From the NCBI RefSeq assembly GCF_009914755.1, contig NC_060931.1: a DNA stretch of 64,000 nucleotides; one strand, given 5' to 3'. Below are positions 60,524 to 64,000 of this stretch, piece after piece. The notes under the pieces were generated by a model. It searched no databases and was not told the DNA's origin. It saw only the letters and a list, made by a program, of their open reading frames with translations. Within the stretch, counting starts at the first letter, position 1, and each line of letters begins with the position of its first letter. This DNA comes from the human T2T-CHM13v2.0 reference genome, Homo sapiens. Both the position numbers and the translations under genes were made by a program.

Positions 60524-61424
60524 TGGGACATAGAGAATCATCACAAAAATTAGGGATTTAAAAATTCTTGTTTTTATTAAAGGACTACATAGTATTTATG
60601 ATTATTTCTAATTTTCAGATTTGATAATAAAAAGGTTGTTACATGTAATGGTCACATGCTCAACTCCAGAGTCTCATTAATTTTGAATTAAATAGTCATT
60701 CTCTAAAAATATCGAAATATATTTACATTTTATTTCATTTATTTGATCACATTCTTTGATCACAATTAATAAAATCTTAAGCCAATTAACCATAAAAATT
60801 TTAATTGATGTTTTTACAGATTGCATAGTAAATCTAAACTATTTTGATTTCTTAATGATAAAAAATTTGGTGAAAGCTAATTTGTGAACATCAATTTCAG
60901 CAATAAATATTGGTTCTATATAAGAAGAAATCTGTGGGTAATTGGTCCATTATGTTTAATAAAATAATTTAATGGAGGCACAGAAGAAATTATAGTGAAA
61001 TTTAATATTCTAATTAATGTCTGTGTCTTATACTTGTTTATTTAACAAAAACAGAAAAAGACAGTGAGTTACTGTTTATTATAATGTGTAGGCGTTCATA
61101 TTCTTATGTCCTTTTCCTCTTTTCCCTTTCTTACATCAGAGGAAATGGTATAATCTTAATATTTCAGAGCTTAGGTCAGGACTAGACAGGAAAGCAAAAT
61201 TATCTGAATAAATAACAGCTTTCCACCAAATGTCACTATGGAAACACAAGAATGAATGTTTCCATAGGAACTCTAAGCCTCCCTACTATACTTAATGATG
61301 GTATCTATTTATGGTAATACTAATTTTTGTTGTTTTTATCATATAGAACAAAAATAAGAGGTACTCATGATAGAAGAGTTGAGGCCATAAATGTTTCATG
61401 AGTATGACCTAAGGAGAATCTATT

Positions 61425-61560
61425 CATCCATCCAGCCAGTCATCTATCTGTGCATGTATTCGATAAATAGTGTCTCCTGGTTTTGCCAGGCACTATTCTA
61501 TGTCCCTGGGGTACAGTAGTCAATAAGAAAGATAAAACTTCTAAGCCTTGAAAATTTAAT
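61425..61560 (-). mobile_element. L2 3' fragment
   Basis: tgccaggcactattctatgtccctggggtacagtagtcaataaga. Confidence 0.6.
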
Positions 61561-62169
61561 ATTTGTAAGAGTAATTTAAAAATAGAATGAAATCAAACAT
61601 AATTCAATTGTCTGGTTCCACATATGGCTAAGAGCTCAGAATTAATGACACAATTTTGGGTATATTAAGTATGCACTCAAGACATTTTATTTTTTTTTTT
61701 TCCAGCATCTCCATCAAACTAACCTATTTACCCTAATTGCTTACTTAAGTACCTACCTACTCCTCAAAACCAGGGCTGTTTGTCAGAAATATCATTTTCT
61801 CTCCTCTTTTCCAAATGCCCCTAATGTTATATGTTAACATTTCTTTACCTTATTTTCTGAAATAATATTGCTGTTTGGTTAATTTTTCACTTTTTCACTA
61901 GAATGTGAAGTTTGAGATGGGTGGTGATATGGGATCCCAGGAATAATAAGGAGGAATGCTATACTTTCAAGGCTGATCTAGGACATTTGCTGGAAAAATG
62001 GAGAATAATGTTAAGAATTGCCCTTGACTGCAATCATGATTACTATGTTTCAAGTGCAATTTGTGTAGGCGTTAGAGGAATATGTGTGGATTAAGTATAA
62101 CAACCCAGGATATTTTCAATAGAAGCCTGTAATATCTTAGAATTTATTGTTTTCCCTTCTATTTGTAAA

Positions 62170-62680
62170 AATAATAGTTAACACTCATTTAGTGCTTATA
62201 ATGTGTCGGGCATGTTTAAATGATTTTTATATATTAATTATTTTTCACAATATCCCTAAAAATTAGGTCCTTTTGATTTCTATTTTACTGCAGAGAAAAA
62301 TTAGGCATAGAGCTACCAAAAGTCATGTAGATATTAAATCGCAGAATAATAACCAAATCCAGGCATATTGGCTTGAGAATCTTTGTTCTAATGGCTATGT
62401 ATACTGCTTCTCTCCCTGTGAAGTTAAATAAGAAAAAGGTGGAAAGAAAAAGGAAAAGGAACAATTATATTAGTTGAGTGTCCCCTCTGTGTGAAACTCT
62501 TTAAAATGCATTTTCTGATTTAATGCTCATAGTAATATCATAAATTTATTTTACTATTCTTATTTTTAAAGTTAGAGAACTGAAACTTGGAAAGGTCACA
62601 TAATTTGCCTAAAGAGACATTGCTAGAAGTTAGAAGAATTAGTATTAAAACTCATGATTGCAAAGTCTGATCTTATCATC
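62170..62680. mobile_element. Two MIR fragments
   Basis: ataatagttaacactcatttagtgcttataatgtgtc...; gagaactgaaacttggaaaggtcacataatttgcctaaag. Confidence 0.65.
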
Positions 62681-64000
62681 ACAGTATCTTGGGGTCCCAA
62701 CAAATGGAGGAAAGGGTTTTTTTTCTTATGTATCATCCCCTTCATCTGCATTTTCTGCCTAGCCCCGGAATCCCTTTCTTATTGATATACATATAAAATG
62801 AATTATGGATCTAATGGTAAACTAGGCTAATAATTGTTCTTCTTGAAGTTCTCTAAATGGAAAACATGATACCATATACTTTTCTCTCAAAGAAGCACGC
62901 TTTGACCAAGTGTATCATGGTATTTAAACTACAGGCCATTGACTAATTCCAGTGCTATGCTTAGTGTTCATCAGTGTAGGCCACTTTATCGTAAGCCATT
63001 TATATGTACCGGGAGGCATATTTTACTTCTATATTTTGCAAGGACACATTATGGTTAATTGACTCTACATGACAAAAATTAAAGATATGTTCTCTTAAGA
63101 ACTCAGTTTGGCAGTCAGAAAGAAATCAAATAAACAGAGATTGGCAAAAGTTAACTTTCATTTCTACCTGTTAAATGCACAGTAAGTTGTTATATAGTGA
63201 CAATGCTTTTCTTCTGTGTCTTCTTGGACACTAGAAAATAAACCCATAAAGGAAACTTGAACTGGGATTCAACTTTCAGTACTCATAACTGAGTAAAGTT
63301 GAGTATGCTTCAAGGGAAAAAAAGAAAAAGAAAATAAATACCTTCTTTATATTAAAATATGTTTTTATCTCGCTGATTTCTAAAGGCATATTAACAGTAC
63401 AATTTTGAAAGTTTACTTTCTCTCTCTCACACACACAAATACAGGAAGATACATGAACACACACTCTTCTATAAAGCGATAATATGTACCCCAAAAGCCT
63501 AAACTCTTATTTGAATTTTGCAGGTTCACCACTGGAACATGAAGCTTTATCTGAATGACAAAGTATAAGGGTCTCCTTGCTCTACAAAGGTTACTTTTAA
63601 AATAGAACTAACATTTGGGCAGATATTATATTTTTCTCCAGCATCATGCATTGAATTTCCAAGGGGAACAACCATTTTTTTTAAGTTATTCTCAACAACA
63701 TCGTTTACTGGCACACCATAATCCTTCTATATTACTGAAGACAAATCATTTCCAGACATGTCTAATAAGAGAGAGTCATTCATCTATAATAGTTACAAAG
63801 CCTATTGATATCTTGACATTTTATTTTCATTACTTGCGAATATGCCCTCCACTAACTGAGCAAGGCCACCTCCCACCACAAAGGTTAACTTGTTTTTCTT
63901 GGACTAGAGTTAATGTAGCCTGTGAACCCATGATTCATATCTGTGAAAGATAGAGATTGAAAGAGGCTGGTCACAACTAATTGTGATGAGACAGGCAACT

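Noticed and set aside
58270-60561. Y/I/C/V- and H/T-rich ORFs
   Set aside because: Microsatellite translations.
60610-63565. Several + strand acceptor-like sites (near 60619, 61346, 63522)
   Set aside because: No coherent frame or recognisable homology.

Overview
Primate (hominoid-like: AluY and L1PA2 are present) AT-rich genomic DNA, roughly 60% interspersed repeats by eye (L1, Alu, MaLR/ERV LTRs, DNA transposons, L2/MIR, microsatellites). I see no intact protein-coding gene, and nearly all long ORFs in the track are L1, Alu, LTR or simple-repeat artefacts. Main result: on the + strand, 8-10 decayed exon-like blocks (5696-34225) have plausible AG/GT borders. Allowing frameshifts and stops, they translate in the correct N-to-C order into the C-terminal coiled-coil of a laminin beta-type chain (domain II, L-beta knob, domain I, terminal YxTC-like motif). 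This suggests the 3' half of an unprocessed, possibly unitary, laminin-beta-like pseudogene with its own exon layout. The alignments were made by eye against LAMB1-4 sequences recalled from memory, so they need a database check. Second pattern: three 60-110 bp copies of nearby sequence are pasted into or next to (TA)n-rich tracts (local templated insertions). Also present: an orphan poly(A) retro-insertion with a 17-bp TSD, two twin-primed L1s, a deep nested TE stack, and possible minus-strand exons. Repeat subfamily names come from recalled consensus motifs; boundaries of old repeats are approximate.
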